DNA from: an uncultured Candidatus Rokubacteria bacterium | GTDB taxonomy: Bacteria > Methylomirabilota > Methylomirabilia > Rokubacteriales > CSP1-6 | NCBI GenBank assembly: GCA_963771355.1 | Contig: CAVYTA010000005.1 | Span: 928,001-992,000, forward strand | Length of the DNA stretch: 64,000 bases | Direction of reading: 5' to 3' | Shown here: positions 62,055-64,000 of the stretch, one piece after another | Position numbering within the stretch: the stretch's first letter is position 1 | Layout of the letters: every line of letters starts with the position of its first letter | Made by a program: the position numbers and the translations under genes | The notes under the pieces: model-generated | What the model saw: the letters and a program-made list of their open reading frames with translations, nothing else | Databases searched by the model: none | Told to the model about the DNA's origin: nothing

Positions 62055-62771
62055 ATGCTGACGGTGCCGAGGCCCAGCCGCTGATACTTCACCGCGCGCA
62101 GCCCGACCTCGCCCATGAGTCCCGAGAGCTCCGGGCGGGGTAAGGAAGCGGTCCACCGACTGGGGCAGATAGGTATAGGCCTCACGGTCGCGGGCGATGA
62201 CGCCGCCGATGCAGGGCACCACGCGGTGGAAGTAGAAGCGGAACAGCGGCCGGAAGCCGGGCAGGGTGGCCTGGGTGATCTCGAGCGCCACCACGCGGCC
62301 GCCTGGCCGAGTCACGCGCCGCATCTCGGAGAAGCCCTGGCGCAGGTCGGCCAGGTTCCGCAAGAGAAAGGCCGAGGTCACGCACGCGAAGGTGCGATCG
62401 GGGAAGGGGAGCGCGAGGGCGTCGGCGGCCACGAGCCGCACGCGGTCGCCGGCGCCGATCTCGCGCAGCTTGGACGCCGCCTCGCGGAGCATACCCGGCG
62501 CGAAGTCCGCCGCGACGATCTCGCGATGCGCGTGGAGCTCGCGCAGCTCGAGCGCCAGGTCGCCGGTCCCGGTGGCGAGGTCCAGCGCGGGGCCGTCCGG
62601 GGCCGCGATGGTGTGGCGGGCGGCCACGCGCCGCCACGCGTGGTGCATCCCCAGCGTCATGAGCCCGTTCATGAGGTCGTAGCGGCCCGCGATGCGCGAG
62701 AACATGCTGGCCACGAACTGGGCTTTCTCCGGCCCCGTGCCCAGCGGCGGGCCGCTCATACTCCCACTCAT
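62036..62771 (-). CDS. menG: Ubiquinone/menaquinone C-methyltransferase; one frameshift near 62133
   Basis: MFSRIAGRYDLMN, LDLATGTGD, ADALALPF, YTYLPQSV; C-terminus ELSGLMGEVGL...IHVGVA lies in a shifted frame. Confidence 0.85.
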
Positions 62772-63616
62772 ACCCAGTATCCCGCCAGCACCGCCGCGAA
62801 GAGGATCACCGCGATGTACCCATTGATGTTGAAGAAGGCCACGTCGAGGCGCGAGAGATCGCCCGGCGAGACCAGGGAGTGCTCGTAGACGAGGAGGCCC
62901 GCCACGATCGCGACGCCGGCCCAGTAGAGGAAACCCAGCCCCATCATCACGCCGAGGGCGGCGAATGCGGCGATGGTGAGGACGTGGCAGACCTTCGCGA
63001 TGTGCAGCGCGGTGGCCACGCCGAAGCGCGCGGGCACCGAGTGCAGGCCCTCCGCGCGGTCGAACTCCACGTCCTGGCACGCATAGATCAGGTCGAAGCC
63101 GGCGATCCACACCATGAGCGCGAACCACAGCACGAAGACGGGCGGGTCGAAGCTGCCCCGCACCGCGATCCAGCCACCGGCCGCCGCGATGCCGTCGGTG
63201 AAACCCAGGATCCAGTGTGACAGCCAGGTGAAGCGCTTGGTATACGAATACCCGATCAGGAAGAGGAGAGCCAGCGGGGAGAGCGCGAGGCACAACGGGT
63301 TGAGCCGCCACGCCGAGAGCAGGAATACCGCACCCGCTGCCACCGCGGCCGCCGTCACCTGGGCGGGCGTGAGCAGTCCCGCGGGCAGGTGCCGGCCGCG
63401 GGTGCGGGGATTTCGCGCGTCGAACCAGCGGTCGGCGAGCCGGTTCACCGCCATGGCCAGCGTGCGGCCGCTGACCATGGCCAGCGTCACCCACCCCACG
63501 ATGCGAACGTTGGGCCAGCCGTTGGCAGCGAGCACCATGGCCACGTAGGCGAAGGGCAGCGCAAAGACGGTGTGCTCGAACTTGATGGCATCGAGGAAGT
63601 GGCGAATGGAATTCAC
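62768..63616 (-). CDS. mqnP: UbiA-family prenyltransferase, futalosine-pathway type
   Basis: IKFEHTVFALPFA, NRLAD..FDARNPRT, YSYTKR, AGFDLIYACQD. Confidence 0.85.
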   Translation of the reverse strand: MNSIRHFLDAIKFEHTVFALPFAYVAMVLAANGWPNVRIVGWVTLAMVSGRTLAMAVNRLADRWFDARNPRTRGRHLPAGLLTPAQVTAAAVAAGAVFLLSAWRLNPLCLALSPLALLFLIGYSYTKRFTWLSHWILGFTDGIAAAGGWIAVRGSFDPPVFVLWFALMVWIAGFDLIYACQDVEFDRAEGLHSVPARFGVATALHIAKVCHVLTIAAFAALGVMMGLGFLYWAGVAIVAGLLVYEHSLVSPGDLSRLDVAFFNINGYIAVILFAAVLAGYWV

Positions 63617-63622
63617 GGGCGG

Positions 63623-64000
63623 CTAGAGGCCGTACTCGGCCCAGCGGCGGGTCACGCGCGCGCGGGTCTCCGCATCCATGACGATCTCCTCGGGCCAGGG
63701 CTGGCCGATGCCATCCGCGTCGGTCTTCTCGGTGGCGTCGATGCCGAGCTTGCCGCCGAAGCGGTGCCGGATGGCGGCGTGGTCGAGGTCGTCGGTAGGG
63801 CCGTCCACGAGCACGAGATCGCGCTTGGCGTCCACGTTGCCGGTCGCCCGCCAGGCCACCTCGGAGAGGTTCTGGACGTCCACATGCTCGGACACCACGA
63901 GGATATTCTTGGCCAGCATCATGAGCCCGAGGCCCCAGAGGGCGTACATGACCTTGCGCGCGTGGCCCGGATACCGCTTCCGGATGGAGACGATCACGAG
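63623..64000 (-). CDS. UbiD-family decarboxylase (MqnL-like), C-terminal part
   Basis: KRYPGHARKVM, DDLDHA, GGKLGIDAT. Confidence 0.85.
   Translation of the reverse strand, partial: LVIVSIRKRYPGHARKVMYALWGLGLMMLAKNILVVSEHVDVQNLSEVAWRATGNVDAKRDLVLVDGPTDDLDHAAIRHRFGGKLGIDATEKTDADGIGQPWPEEIVMDAETRARVTRRWAEYGL

Noticed and set aside
62120..62145. Programmed frameshifting in menG (and near 6200 and 28710)
   Set aside because: No canonical slippery heptamer was seen, and the indels lie in or near short homopolymer runs typical of sequencing error.

Overview
GC-rich bacterial chromosomal segment with about 60 protein-coding genes. No rRNA, tRNA, CRISPR array or intact transposase was recognised. 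The gene repertoire (ABC_sub_bind, Uma2, LLM, amidohydrolase, family-5 SBP) is reminiscent of Ca. Rokubacteria/Methylomirabilota, but this is an impression only. Housekeeping genes include uvrA, pyk, transaldolase, queE/queC, a NuoEF-FdhA formate dehydrogenase module and mqnL/mqnP/menG-like menaquinone genes. Four things stand out. (1) An adjacent alpha-dioxygenase (lipoprotein) and lipoxygenase pair precedes a MetE-like/SAM-methyltransferase fusion, giving a candidate oxylipin locus. (2) Two genes split by the ORF caller at in-frame TGA codons in UxxC motifs have downstream hairpins and are candidate selenoproteins; one is a glutaredoxin-DinB fusion. (3) An ECF sigma factor is translationally coupled to an Ogt with a C-terminal Ada zinc-sensor domain and no HTH, a candidate sigma-based alkylation response. 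(4) Regulatory and non-coding signals include a shared promoter motif, two sigma54 promoters, many leaderless-type -10 boxes and a MITE-like element. Several single-base frameshifts look like sequencing errors. All family calls are by-eye motif recognition; no database searches were run.
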